63,836 nt of DNA, filler included, from Reticulomyxa filosa (GCA_000512085.1; 27 parts of 27 records of this genome joined end to end with filler, not necessarily neighbours in it); one strand, 5' to 3'. Shown: positions 40,307 to 52,597, counted from the whole stretch's first letter. The notes: a model not told the origin generated them from the sequence alone. A program made the numbers and translations.

Positions 40307-41408
40307 AAGCACTACAGATTGGGTGCAGTAATCGGAGTGGGTGGGTTTAGATAGGTGCGTGAAAGTGTGGAGGTGAAAAAGAGGCCAACGAAAGCGGCAA
40401 GGAGAAGATATTACGTGATAAAGATTGTAGACATAAGCAGTTGGTTGGAGAAACTGAAGTATCGCATTGATAATGAAATCTGAATCCTGCAATCGGTGCG
40501 TCATGCGAATATAATCAACCTGATCCGAGTGCACTCGAATGTGCCGCTGCTCGGACGCTATTGCACTGCTGCAACTTTTGTCCCAAGTCGTCTTCTTACA
40601 ATGGCAATACTATTGACAGTGGAGGATTTATCGTCGACTTCCAACCCCAACTTGTCAAGACCGAGGTGCAACCACGCTTCCCAGACTTAACAACAATAAT
40701 AATAATGACTTCAGTGATACCATGTCCACGTCGTCGAGCAGAAGAGAAGATGATGACCATGACGGTGATGATAACGACGACGAACATGAAGAAGATCATA
40801 AAGACGAAATCCATCGGACGGGCGATCATGGACATGGAACTAGGTATAACCTCAACGAATGGGCACATGATTTTGTCGACGAACATCGTTTACAACATTC
40901 CTGTGCTGCCAATACGCATCAATGCCCACCTGCTTCTTCCGCTTTTGCTTCGTCGTCTTCATCATCATATTCTTCTTCTTCTTCTTCTTCTTCTTCGTCG
41001 TCAATTTGCGTGTCGCATTTTTCTCATTCACACTCTTCACAGTCACAGTCGCATTCGTATGCTAACTCTTGCTCGTATTTGTGTGGACACAACGACTCGC
41101 TCAAAAATACTGCTCATTCCAACGCGACCACAGTGTCTATACCGCACATGGAACGACTGAGCGATGACCACTTCCGCTTGGATCGTGACCATGGCAATGG
41201 CAAGGACAAAGATAAGAATAAGGACCTCGGCAATGACTATCGACACAAGGCCAATTATCCGTTGCACTATTACAGCAGCAATGAACAACAACAACGATAT
41301 CAGAGCCACATGCAATTGAAGAACAGCAACATGAACGAATATCGCCAACAAGAAGTGTGCAAGTTTTGCAAGCACACGCAAGCTCAATACAGCAGCGTGG
41401 AACATTGA
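40307..41408 (+). pseudogene. Ser/Thr protein kinase pseudogene (subdomains I-IV) followed by a low-complexity insert
   Basis: One frame gives KHYRLGAVIGVGGFR*VRESVEV..YYVIKIVD..IDNEI*ILQSVRHANIINLIRVH, with in-frame TAG at 40352 and TGA at 40481. Confidence 0.75.
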
Positions 41409-41807
41409 TGGTCCAAGAGTTGGCCATTGGCGGAGAAANNNNNNNNNNNNNNNNNNNNNNNNNNNNNNNNNNNNNNNNNNNNTTAATTAATTAANNNNNN
41501 NNNNNNNNNNNNNNNNNNNNNNNNNNNNNNNNNNNNNNATTTTTTTTCCAACATTTGCATAAAAATAAGTGTTTATTTATTTTTTGCCAATCAGTACCAA
41601 ATGAATACCTACCAAACTCAAAATATGGACGATCAAGCCCAGGCCCGGAGAAGCCCCTCACCACCATATGCTCTCTTAAACCAAATATTGTAATAAAAAT
41701 AGAAGAGGAAAAAATAAATGTTTTACTTATAAAAAAAGGCGTCATGTTTGCACTGTTTGGCATGACTTCAACTTCGACACAAAAAAAAGAATGTAAAGAA
41801 GAAAAGG

Positions 41808-42170
41808 TTGTGATGAAGATACTATTGGAGAGTTGTCTGATTTTGTTCGAATTGAAAAGGTGTTTTGTTCACAAAAAATTATAAAGAGCTTTTTTAATAT
41901 TCTTTCCCTCTCACTAACTTTTGAGTGTGAAATCAGACTGTCTTTTAGTCAGTTTATGTTGTACTTTCAAAAAAAAAGGCAAGCTAGAACAAAACAAAAC
42001 TCAAGACAAAAAATTTCATGCACATTTCTTCTAAAAGCACAAAACAAAAAAAAACAGCAAATTGAAATCCCAACAGCCAGTCACCAATGCATATCCATCA
42101 TCAGATACGCCCAAACATGAAACAGGACTATCGTGTGGTAAATCATACAAATAATCTTCTCGCAACGTGC
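41808..42170 (-). repeat. Inverted, decayed duplicate of the G-beta last-exon end and 3' flank (counterpart 43728-44155)
   Basis: The reverse complement matches ..tatgatttaccacacgatagt..catgtttgggcgtatc.gatgatggatatgcattgg..ggctgttgggatttcaatttg.. and the downstream gactgaaagacagtct..cacactcaaa.gttagtgag..ttcgaacaaaatcag. Confidence 0.93.
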
Positions 42171-42287
42171 GACAATTTTACAACAAAAACAAAAAAGATC
42201 AAAAGTTGCCCGGGCTAAAAAAAAAAAGTTTTTATTGGTTTTTTCCATTGAGTTTTGAAATTTGGCTATTCGGTATATTTTGCAGTT

Positions 42288-43855
42288 ATGGCTTCCCAAG
42301 CACAAAGGGAATTACAAGAATGTCAGAAATTGTGTGAAGAGTTGAAAGAAAAGATAGCCGGCTTGAGACAAAGCTCAAGTAAGTTGTCGTTGTCATGCCT
42401 TTTAGAAGTAAAAAAGCTTTATGAATTGTCGAATTAAAAATAAAAACAAAACCAAAACCAAAAAAATGAATTGTTTGAATGTGTTTTGTTTGTGGTGAGG
42501 CAGGTCAGCGTATGTTGTCCGAGATTGCAGGAAATACTGAAGTGAAAGGATATGAACCCAAACAACGAAAGCTATGCACAGGACACTTTGGAAAGATTTA
42601 TGCGTTGCATTGGGGTTCGGACAGTCGTCACATAGTAACAGCCTCGCAAGATGGTAAATTAATTGTCTGGAACGGATTAAGTGGAAACAAGCAATTGGCG
42701 ATAACTTTGAACAGCGCATGGGTCATGACTTGTGCGTTTTCGCCATCGTATGATTATATTGCAAGTGGTGGTTTGGACAACACTGTGTCTATTTTCCGAA
42801 CAACCGCAAAAGACAACAACGCACCAAACGGAGGAAAATTTAAATCAAAAGTTGAGTTGTTGTTTTTTTTAAAAAAAAAAAAAAACTTGATGTATTTGTT
42901 ATTCATCTCGATGAATGCTACGTACACATTTTTAGGAAGGGGGGGAAAAAAAAAAAAAAAAACAAACTATTTGTTGGATGGAAACTTATTAAAGTTGATA
43001 TTTAAAAAAAAAAAATTAAAAAAAAGGAATTGTACCGAGAATTAGAAAAACACGACGGTTATTTGAGCTGCGCACGATTTGTGGATGAAAGCAACTCAGA
43101 GATTATTAGCTCCAGTGGAGACGGCACATGCATATTGTGGGACATCGAAAACAGAACTCCAAAAAGTGTGTACGCGGATCACACAAGTGATGTCATGTGT
43201 GTGAGCTTGAACCAAAAGAATCCTCCATTGTTTGTTAGCGGGTCAGTTGACTCAACCGCAAAAGTTTGGGATACCAGAAAAGGCGAACATGCTGTCGCAA
43301 ATTTCACTGGGCACACTGCTGATGTTAACAGGTAAAATAAAAAAATGAATCATTTCTAAATGAGAGGGGGGGGAAGGGGGAGAACTGAACTTTAAAATTT
43401 TTTTTTTTTGCACTTAAAAAAAAATATATAATACATACACTTTGTTATTACAACACAACTTTATGTACAAATCTTTTTTTGCATGTTATGTTTGCTTATA
43501 AAATAGTGTTCAATGGTTCCCTGATGCAAACTGTGTGATAACGGGCTCCGATGACGGCAGCGTTCGATTGTTTGATATCCGATCGTACCGACAAATAAAC
43601 CATTATGTAAACCAGAGCAATAAATCATTACACAGTGAAGATCCTGCAGGTGTCACAAGCGTTGCAGCATCGAAATCAGGACATTATATTTTCACTGCTT
43701 ATGATAATGGGCATGTTTATATGTGGAGCACATTGCGAGGAGACTATTTGTATGATTTACCACACGATAGTCGTGTTTCATGTTTGGGCGTATCAGATGA
43801 TGGATATGCATTGGCAACTGGCTGTTGGGATTTCAATTTGCGAGTCTTTGCCTAA
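42288..43855 (+). CDS. GNB: Heterotrimeric G-protein beta subunit; exons 42288-42378, 42504-42850, 43027-43331, 43507-43855
   Basis: N-terminal coiled coil, then GHFGKIYALHWGSDSRHIVTASQDGKLIVW, WVMTCAFSPS..ASGGLDN, HDGYLSCARF, SSSGDGTCILWD, TGSDDGSVRLFDIR and HDSRVSCLGVSDDGYALATGCWD. All three GT-AG junctions keep frame. Confidence 0.96.
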
Positions 43856-46289
43856 ATTTGCTGTTTTTTTGTTTTGTGCTTTAGAAAGAAATGTGCACAA
43901 TGAAATTTTTTGTCTTGAGTTTCAGCTGATGTGTCATTTGTGTAATGTGTTTTGTTTTTCTCCCAGGTTGCCTCTTTTTTTTGTAAGTACAACATAGGCT
44001 GACTGAAAGACAGTCTAATCTCACACTCAAAGGTTAGTGAGGGGGAAAGAATATTAAAAAAGTTTCTTTAACATTCTTTATGAAACTAAAAATCTTTTCA
44101 ATTCGAACAAAATCAGTTGATATTTGATAACTCTTCAATAGTATCTTCATACAAATTTTTTTCTCTTGCAGCTCATACGCATCCTCTTTTTTTTTTTAAA
44201 CTAAAATAGAATTGTTAAACGAACATGGCATCGAGCGTCTGTATTTTGGGTTTTGTAGATATTTTGGACTAATTCCATTAAATATTTTTTTTTGCCAGAT
44301 GTTGTATTATTTTGATAAAATACACAATCTACATTTATTTAGTTTTTGTACAAAAATGCTTTTATTTTCAATCTTGGTTTTAGTGAGTGGGTCACTTCGT
44401 TTGCTATGAGCACCAATAACCAAAAGATGTTTGGTCAAAAAAAAAAGAAATAGCTGCAAAAGACCTTCCATTATATTTTTGTAAATTGATAAAAAAAAGA
44501 CATGAGTGGCTAAAGAGAGTGACAGAAGAAACATCACATCAAACCAGTAATAGAGGCTCTACTTCTTCTCTTTTGTTTCGTATAATTCTAAAGGCAGGCA
44601 CTCTCCGAACATTTTTATTGCCCGGACCAGTGCCTCGGAATTTGCAAATATAAAAAACAACCATTATCACAACGATGCAAGCGAAAACAGATTCAACAAG
44701 GATGATAAAAAAAGAAGTTGTTATGTTTCCATTTATCCACNNNNNNNNNNNNNNNNNNNNNNNNNNNNNNNNNNNNNNNNNNNNTTAATTAATTAANNNN
44801 NNNNNNNNNNNNNNNNNNNNNNNNNNNNNNNNNNNNNNNNAATTTACTTTAAATAAAAAAATACAAAAGAATTGAAGTTTTTTTGCATTTGATTGTATAT
44901 GTTTCTCACAAGTTACAATATTATCTTTTGTTTTTTTTTGCTTGCTCTAATTATTACTCGATCAAAGCGCTTGTCACATTCCACGTATAACACAAAAATT
45001 TTACTAGCATCAAGTTGCTGTGTTTTTAAATTCATTTTAATTGTTGTTTTGAATGCACACAAACTATCTATTGTGTAAATATTCCGATTACTACATCGAT
45101 ACCCTAGAATTGATTTAAGAAAAGTATATTGAGTTGAGAATGAGTATCTGATGTTATAGATTGAAGGTGCCTGTGACGGTTCAATAATATAACCTAGTTT
45201 AATGTGAAGGCCACAGATTGCATACTGCGACATATGTAATGGGTGGGTAAGGGTGTATGTGTTAAGCATTAAATTGCTACTAGTTGTTAATAAGGGCATA
45301 TGGATAGGGTATATAAGCACTGTCACACATTTTTTTTACATTATATATAAGATATTGAAATGTAATATGTAAAAATTTTTTTCATCATTCCTGTGCGACG
45401 GCGAGTAGCTTTACTCTTACCAATGCGTTTAATTTTCTTTGGCATGGTTTCAAACTAACGAATTAACAGTGAATCAACAGGTTCACCAGAAAAAAAAATA
45501 GTTTTTTTTTTGCACAAAAAACCAGATTAAAAACTTTTTTCTTTTTTCCCCAAAAATCATAGTTTTGATTTTTTTTGCAAAAAAAAAGAAAATAAAATTA
45601 TGCACCATCAATTTATTTTTGACTGTCAAAGTTAGCGAGGTAGACTTAAAAAAAAAAGACAATGCTATCTAGTTCTCTTCGACCAACAGCAAGGAACTCT
45701 TGTTTAGAAGGTTCCATATACTTTCCTTTGGCTTTGATTTTTTGCCAAAATGAATGCAAATCTAGACCGGAACCAACCCCCTTTTGAGCACCTTTCCAGT
45801 TGTCTGATTTCATTGTCATTTTTTTACAATTCATAGTTTTACTTTTTTTATTTAATGTTTGATGTGGTCTTATTGGTAGTTTTTTTTGTTCTATTTTTTT
45901 TGACTGGTGCAACTTTTTTTTTGGTTCAACTGGACTTNNNNNNNNNNNNNNNNNNNNNNNNNNNNNNNNNNNNNNNNNNNNTTAATTAATTAANNNNNNN
46001 NNNNNNNNNNNNNNNNNNNNNNNNNNNNNNNNNNNNNCTCTCGCTTCGTCATCAACTCGCAATCTATCTGCACAAACTCAGATCTTTCAAGTTAAAAAGA
46101 GCACATCGTTCTAAGAAATAAAACAGCACTCAAAAGAAAACAAGAAAATAAAAAACAAAAGAAAGGACCTCACAAACTCTTACAACAACCAAAAGGCCCA
46201 CACAAAAATAATTAAAAGAAAACAAATTGAAATTTTTCTTGAAAATTGATTCATCTTTCTCTTGGTATCGATAACGAACTTCGCTGCTG

Positions 46290-46900
46290 CACTGACAACC
46301 TTGATCATAAGCAATGTCTAAACACTTGCCCACCAACTGCGACGTACCGCAAACAGGAAATGCTCAACAGTATCTTCTTCACACCAAATACAATCAGGAG
46401 ACTATGATCTTTGGAAACAAATAATCATTCAATCTAAATTTGCCAGTGATCAACTGACAAATGATCTTGCGCTCACTAAATGTCAATGAATGAATAACAA
46501 TCTTCTCAAATGATTGCACTTTCATCAGGTTAGATAGGAAATATCGTGGCATAATATATCTTGGATTATCCACTCCTTCACATATCAAATGTCTATTCCA
46601 TTGCTATGTGAAATACCGTTAATCCGATAGATCTCTGGAACAATATGATTATTACTTTATAGACTATTTTTTAAATAACGCATTGATAACAAAATTTCAA
46701 TAATCAGGATAATCACTCTTCTATGATGGAATCTGTAATGATTACCTACATATTCCAATGCAAGTATCTCTGATCCAATGTTGGTTGTAATGCCGGTGAT
46801 CGGATATTCCAATTCCAACCATTTTGACATACTTGGACCTTAAATTACAAGTCCTGAGCCTCTAATACCAGTATCTCATTGAATATTGCAATGGTGATTT
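46290..46900 (-). mobile_element. Decayed non-LTR retrotransposon: RNase H and C-terminal Cys/His motif
   Basis: GIRGSGLVI..WLELEYPITGITTNIGSEILALEYV..RVIIL (RNase H-like), then ICQLITGKFRLNDYLF..SPDCIWCEEDTVEHFLF; many stops and frameshifts. Confidence 0.75.
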
Positions 46901-47140
46901 ATTCGACTGCGGCATTAGCGCAACTTGCATTGGTGGAGTATTTGGAATTGCATGAGAGAATGAGATCTTATCCAAGTTAAAATGAGCACCTCGTCTCAAA
47001 AGGAACAGTACTCTAATAAAAACAAACAAAAAAAGGAAGATCAACAAAAACTCACACATAATCAACAAGTGAAAAAAAAAATTTTAAGTTTTAATTTAAT
47101 CTTTAAAATATCAAAAAAAACAAATAAGTTGTACGGCGAA

Positions 47141-47344
47141 ATCAATCAACAGTTGTCAAAACAAAATCGGCTCTTCCCTGTGGAATGATCAGGGGGAATG
47201 CTAATGCTCAACTGAATCCTCTGAGCCTTGTTTTCGAAGTGTTGAAGTCTCAGAGAAATAGTGAGATTCAATTCACCTCTTTTAACAAACTAAAACAAAA
47301 AATAAAATTTAAATACTTATTATTAAAGAAATGCATGTGAATGT
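47141..47344 (+). repeat. Dispersed ~210-bp repeat, copy 2
   Basis: Aligns to the reverse complement of 36571-36783. Confidence 0.9.
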
Positions 47345-47619
47345 TGTTGCTATTTCGGCTTATTTAATAAAAAAGTGGCTTAATTTTGTTCGACATTCTT
47401 TCTTGTTATTATTATTTTGTTTCGGCTGTTCATTTGGGTGTTTCGTTTGTTATCTTGTATATTAGTAAAAAAAATTTCTTTTTAATAATCGAAGATTAAT
47501 TTCGAACTTCTTTCAGATAATGCTGGTGTTGCAGTATTTAGTTGTTCTGTGCTTGCCTCCCTTCAAAATACAACTTTTTTTTCAAAAGTTTATCTAGATG
47601 ATGGATTATTATTATTTTT

Positions 47620-48358
47620 TTTTAATAGTCATATGAGAATCAAGGAACAATCCAAGATATTTCACATTCCTTTAAATTTGACTCTTGCACTTGCTATGAT
47701 TAGAAATAGGCATAATGTTTGCCATATATCCCATTCGGAAACTAGATATTGCAACGTTGAATTTAATTTCATCTTCAGCCATTTCATAATGCTTTTCATC
47801 CAAATCTTTTGGAGACTGAGGTGGCTCTGCAAATGTCTTTGATAAGCTTTATCAGAATCAGAATTTGCCACTGAATTTATCTCTTATTCACCAATGCTGG
47901 AATAATATCTTGTTGGTGTTTAATGCCTTGAAATTCATGAACAAGTTTCTTGTATATGTTGATACTTTTTTAATTGTAATTTCCTTTGCAATTGCTTGGC
48001 AACTTTTTTGGTTCGTAATCGACTTAGATTGTCAATCCACCATGGTTTGTTGCCGTTCCATTATTGCCTCTCCAGCATCAACAACAAATTTGATCCAAGA
48101 TTCAACTGCTTTGTCCAATGTCTGTTATCCAATATTCCTTTTCAATATCAATCTAAACTGTTCCCATTTGTTACTCCTCAGATCCCAAGTCTCAATCTTT
48201 TGTCGTTCAATCAGTGGTGAATATCACGTGGTTTTGATATTGAACGTAATCGGGAGATGATCTGAGTGCACATCCAATTCAACATCTTTGAAAGAGATTG
48301 CGGTTGGAAGTGTCAAGATACTTCAACATCTCTTAAGTTTTGAAGGAGATTTTGAAAG
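47620..48358 (-). mobile_element. Decayed non-LTR retrotransposon: end of the APE endonuclease and tether region
   Basis: LDVHSDHLPITFNI (APE SDH motif)..IETWDLRSNKWEQFR..LDKAVESW..KPWWIDNLSRLR. Confidence 0.8.
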
Positions 48359-48499
48359 NNNNNNNNNNNNNNNNNNNNNNNNNNNNNNNNNNNNNNNNNN
48401 NNTTAATTAATTAANNNNNNNNNNNNNNNNNNNNNNNNNNNNNNNNNNNNNNNNNNNNAAAAAAAAAACAACTGTACATGATGACGTACATAGGAAAAA

Positions 48500-49583
48500 A
48501 CACAGCAAACGATGAAAGAATAACTAAACGTGTTTTTGAGGCAATCACTGCAAAACAAATTTACAATCATTGGCCAACAGGTCAAATCTACCAACGATGA
48601 AATGACAAGCAAAATGGACGAGTTGCAAAACAAACTAAACGAATTGATGCTGAGTCAAAAGCAAGATGCAACAACCAACGAAGCAGACGAAAGATCCACT
48701 TCTGAAATTTTGAAAAATTTGGAAGTTGTTCACAAAACAAATGAAGATATTAAAACGCTGATTGAATCAAATTCAAGAACATTTACAGCTTTGTTTATAA
48801 TGAATAATTATTATTATTGTTATTATTATTGCCTAAAAAAAAAAATAAAAATAAAAAAATAGAGCGAATTAGCGTTATTGCCTACCAAATTGTTACAAGA
48901 AATAGAAAAAAACTTGGAAAAATCCAAAGAAATTTCTCAAAGCACTGAACATGGAACTGTTTTGTTTTGACGCAAAATTTCAAATTGTTTTGGATTGGAT
49001 TATTAAATCTTGACGTATGTGTGTGTGTGTGTGTGGTGTATGGGGGAAAAAACTACAGGAAGAAGAAAGAAAACAGCAAACAGAAGAGCTAAAAGATCTG
49101 GAAAAGACAATAGAGGGCTGGTTTGCAAATTTGTCTGCGATCCTTTCCAACCGTGAAACGGATCAAGATACGGACAGCACAAAGACATTGGACCACGTTC
49201 AAAGAGAAGTGAAACAATTGAGAGAGTCCGTTCAAGAACAAAATCAACAATTGCAATTGGTACTGCAACAAGAACACAAAGAAATCCCACTGCAAAATCT
49301 CGAGTCTTTTGATTCTCGTCTCCAAACCGTTTTGAACAAGCTGTTGGATGCTTGTACCTTCTTGAAGAGAGCACAAAGAGCCTCTTCCACTGAATTTGAA
49401 TCAAATGTCGTGGCTAAAACAGTTTGTTTTTATTTAAAAAAAAATAAATAAATAAATAATAATTGAATAACACATTATACGTATACTATATACAATATAT
49501 ATGTTACTATTATGACAAACAAACTCTCTTAGCCAAGGCAACCACTTGCAATTGATATTTCCCAGCTGGAAACAAACATTGAA
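48500..49583 (+). CDS. Coiled-coil protein, internal exons (partial)
   Basis: Exon ORFs 48530-48790, about 48863-48950 and 49058-49420 are rich in E/Q/K/L heptads. Confidence 0.65.
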
Positions 49584-49683
49584 NNNNNNNNNNNNNNNNN
49601 NNNNNNNNNNNNNNNNNNNNNNNNNNNTTAATTAATTAANNNNNNNNNNNNNNNNNNNNNNNNNNNNNNNNNNNNNNNNNNNN

Positions 49684-50141
49684 CATCATCGTCATCGTCG
49701 TCGTCATCGTCGGGCGAACTACCATCTTTCATTGGAGTGCTGTCCGCTTCGCAGGCGTATTCTGCGTTTGGTGTCAGAAAAGCTGCAGGATTGGTCAATT
49801 GGCTCAATCTTCGTTTGTTTGTTTTTTTTAGAGGGAGAAACGGAGGGTGGGTTAAATGAGGTATAATTGACAACGACAATAATAATTTTAAAAAAAAACT
49901 TTTTTTCCTTTTTTTTTTTTTTTTTTTGCAAAACACAAATGTGTGACAAATGTCAAAGTTAGGATGTGGCGTTGGCAAGTTTGTGGTTGCAGACCACATA
50001 CCGCGCTCGTCCAGAACTGGGTTTTCTTTGGGATTGGTCTGGACTTGGCACGATAGGAGATTCAGTTTTCGCAATTGCTTGTGTGGAAGTAGAAAATGAT
50101 GGAGAAAAACCTTGTATGCTATTATATTTTCATTGTTGTTA

Positions 50142-50197
<56 letters not shown>

Positions 50198-51147
50198 GCC
50201 ATTGTTGTCATTGACAATCGTGTTTGTATTGCTATTTGGAGAATAATTAGTCATGTTATTGTTCGCGTAATTATCATTTGGCATGTCGTGCTGACTCAAA
50301 TCGTGTGTTTTCACAAGGATTTGAATAGGTCGTTTGGGACGGAGTGGACGAGATGGACGAGAATACAATATCTTGTGTGTACCATCTTTGCCATTGCCGG
50401 GGCTATATCTTTGTTGGTGTCGAGGCCGTAATGTCTTCTTTTGCTTTGCGGAGCAGCTATTCCAGAATTATTGCCGTGGCTGTCATTGTTGGGATAGAGT
50501 TGTGTGTACGAGTCATTATCATCTTCGTCATCCTCGTCGTCTTCTTCATCATCGACTTCATTATCTTCTTCATCGTCATCCTCATCATCCTCATCATCCT
50601 CATCATCATCATCTTCTTCTTCTTCTTCTTCTTCTTCATCGTCGCTGTCTACTTCGTCTTCTTTATATCTATGGTCCTTTTCAATTCTAGACCCTCGGTC
50701 TTTTGGGGGTAGATTTGCTGACGAATTGCTTTGTAAATTATTGCTGTTGCTATTCTTATTGCTATTGCTGTTGCTGTTGCTAGTTGTAGGCATTAGTGGC
50801 ATGGAAGATGTTTGTGGTGCTGGCCTCTTTTTGATTGCTGCTTCTCTCACCTTGTCGTCTTCATCCTCATCTTCATGTGAAATATGATTTCGTTTTTTAT
50901 GAAAACGTAGCTTCTTATTCGATTCCATCGAGCGAACGCTCTTTATCTCGTTACCTATCTTGCTTGCTTTGTGTTTTACACCTTTTTTTTTCACTTTTGG
51001 AACTCCTGTTTCATATGTGTTCGAGTAAAGTCGCCCCGTTATCATTGGTGAGTTACCAGGTCTTGCTTGTTTCTTATTTCGAGTGATTCGTATTCCATTT
51101 TTCTGCTCTCGTTGTATTTTATGTTTTTGTATATTTTGATCAATCAC
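49684..51147 (-). CDS. Hypothetical protein with basic N-terminus, long Asp/Glu tract and poly-Asn (partial; frame slip near 50405)
   Basis: ORF 50311-51147 continues in the frame of 49628-50368 (KILYSRPSRPLRPKRP..) and into a further exon at about 49810-49684. Confidence 0.6.
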
Positions 51148-51331
51148 ATCTAAAATGAACTATTTAGAAAAAAAAAAATGCCACCAAACTGATGACATTG
51201 ATGCTACACAAAGCTGCACAAATAATATAAANNNNNNNNNNNNNNNNNNNNNNNNNNNNNNNNNNNNNNNNNNNNTTAATTAATTAANNNNNNNNNNNNN
51301 NNNNNNNNNNNNNNNNNNNNNNNNNNNNNNN

Positions 51332-51543
51332 TTCTAGCACTGGTGTGGTGTGCTAATCTTTTAGCACTGGTGTGGTGTGTTAGCTTTCTAACACTGGTGT
51401 GGTGTGCTAGTTTTCTAGCACTGGTGTGGTGTGCTAATCTTTTAGCACTGGTGTGGTGTGTTAGCTTTCTAACACTGGTGTGGTGTGCTAGTCTTCTAGC
51501 ACTGGTGTGGTGGCACTGATCTATATATCAGTGCTGGTGCGGT
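51332..51543. repeat. 27-bp tandem array (81-bp higher-order A-B-C period) of 7-bp-stem, 4-nt-loop hairpins separated by TGGTGTGGT
   Basis: Hairpins start at 51350, 51377, 51404, 51431, 51458 and 51485, with a terminal hairpin GCACTGAT-ctatat-ATCAGTGC at 51513-51534. The array runs into the contig end. Confidence 0.95.
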
Positions 51544-51575
51544 GTTGGTGTAGGGTAGAGTGATACATGGATTGA

Positions 51576-51606
51576 GGGGGGAGGGGGAGGGAGGAGGGAG
51601 GAGGGA
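51576..51606 (+). other. G-quadruplex-forming motif
   Basis: GGGGGG-A-GGGGG-A-GGG-AGGA-GGG-AGGA-GGG fits G3+N1-7 x4. Confidence 0.6.
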
Positions 51607-52597
51607 GGTACATTGAGGGGAGGGATACATGGGTATGTTTGTTGTGTTGTGTTGTATTGTTATGTGAAATAGGTGCAATGATTCCTGTCAAAGAAAGACA
51701 AGGTCGGAGGCAGTACATTGTATATTGTGGATGCATCCACTAACATTCAGTAATGTTCTTTCTTTTTTTTTGTAGTATACATCTTTTTGATAAATTAAAT
51801 AATAATACATGATGATATAAATATAAATCATATAGTAAAGTGCTGTTATTGGTATCGCAATTTGTCATTTCTTTGAACTCAATGAACAATTAAGTCGATA
51901 TATGTATACTAATATATACTCCAAACTTTTTTTTTTGTATTGAATAGAAATGATTGAGCTTATATGTACGTGATTGAATTAATATGGACATTATTAAATT
52001 GATTTGCATTTGGCCATTGTCTTTGGTACGTAGTCGTTGTCGTCGTCAAAGATGCCATATGATGGATTTACATTAACTATTATAAGTATGAAACTAATTT
52101 AGAGTTTAAAGAAAATATGGCAATTGATGAAATTTTTAAAGAAAATGAAAATGGTATTATTAATGTAACGAAAGAAAATTACAATGTTGAAAAAATAACG
52201 TAGTCATTTTTTTTTTTAGATTGATATGTAGAATTTCATATATACTTTTGATAAGACACTTACAAAATTATTTTATTAAAATTGAATTTAATACAAGTTT
52301 TTATTGTCGTTTCAAAAACAATAAACATTTTACGGCCAAACAAAAAATATGTACTATAGCCATTTTAAAAAAGATAGTCTCCTATCAATAACTTGAAATT
52401 ATATCAAAAAATGTTAGATTAGCAAATAATTTCTTTTTTTTTCTTTTTTGTTGATTCAAAATACCAATGCTTTCAAATTTAGAAACTTTTTTAGTAAAAA
52501 GTCATTTCACATCCAACAACTTTTACGTTTTCAATATATTCAAATTAATATTCTTTTAAAAATGAGGGTGAAAATGTTTAAAACTGCACCAATATGT

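Noticed and set aside
40307-40500. Stop-codon reassignment suggested by in-frame TAG/TGA
   Set aside because: Intact genes in the window end at TAA (UBLCP1, G-beta), TGA (methyltransferase, SMIM30-like) and apparently TAG (2301 ORF), and long ORFs have no internal stops.
51332-51543. CRISPR array interpretation of the 27-bp palindromic repeats
   Set aside because: There are no unique spacers (the inter-hairpin 9-mer is invariant), no cas genes, and the context is eukaryotic.
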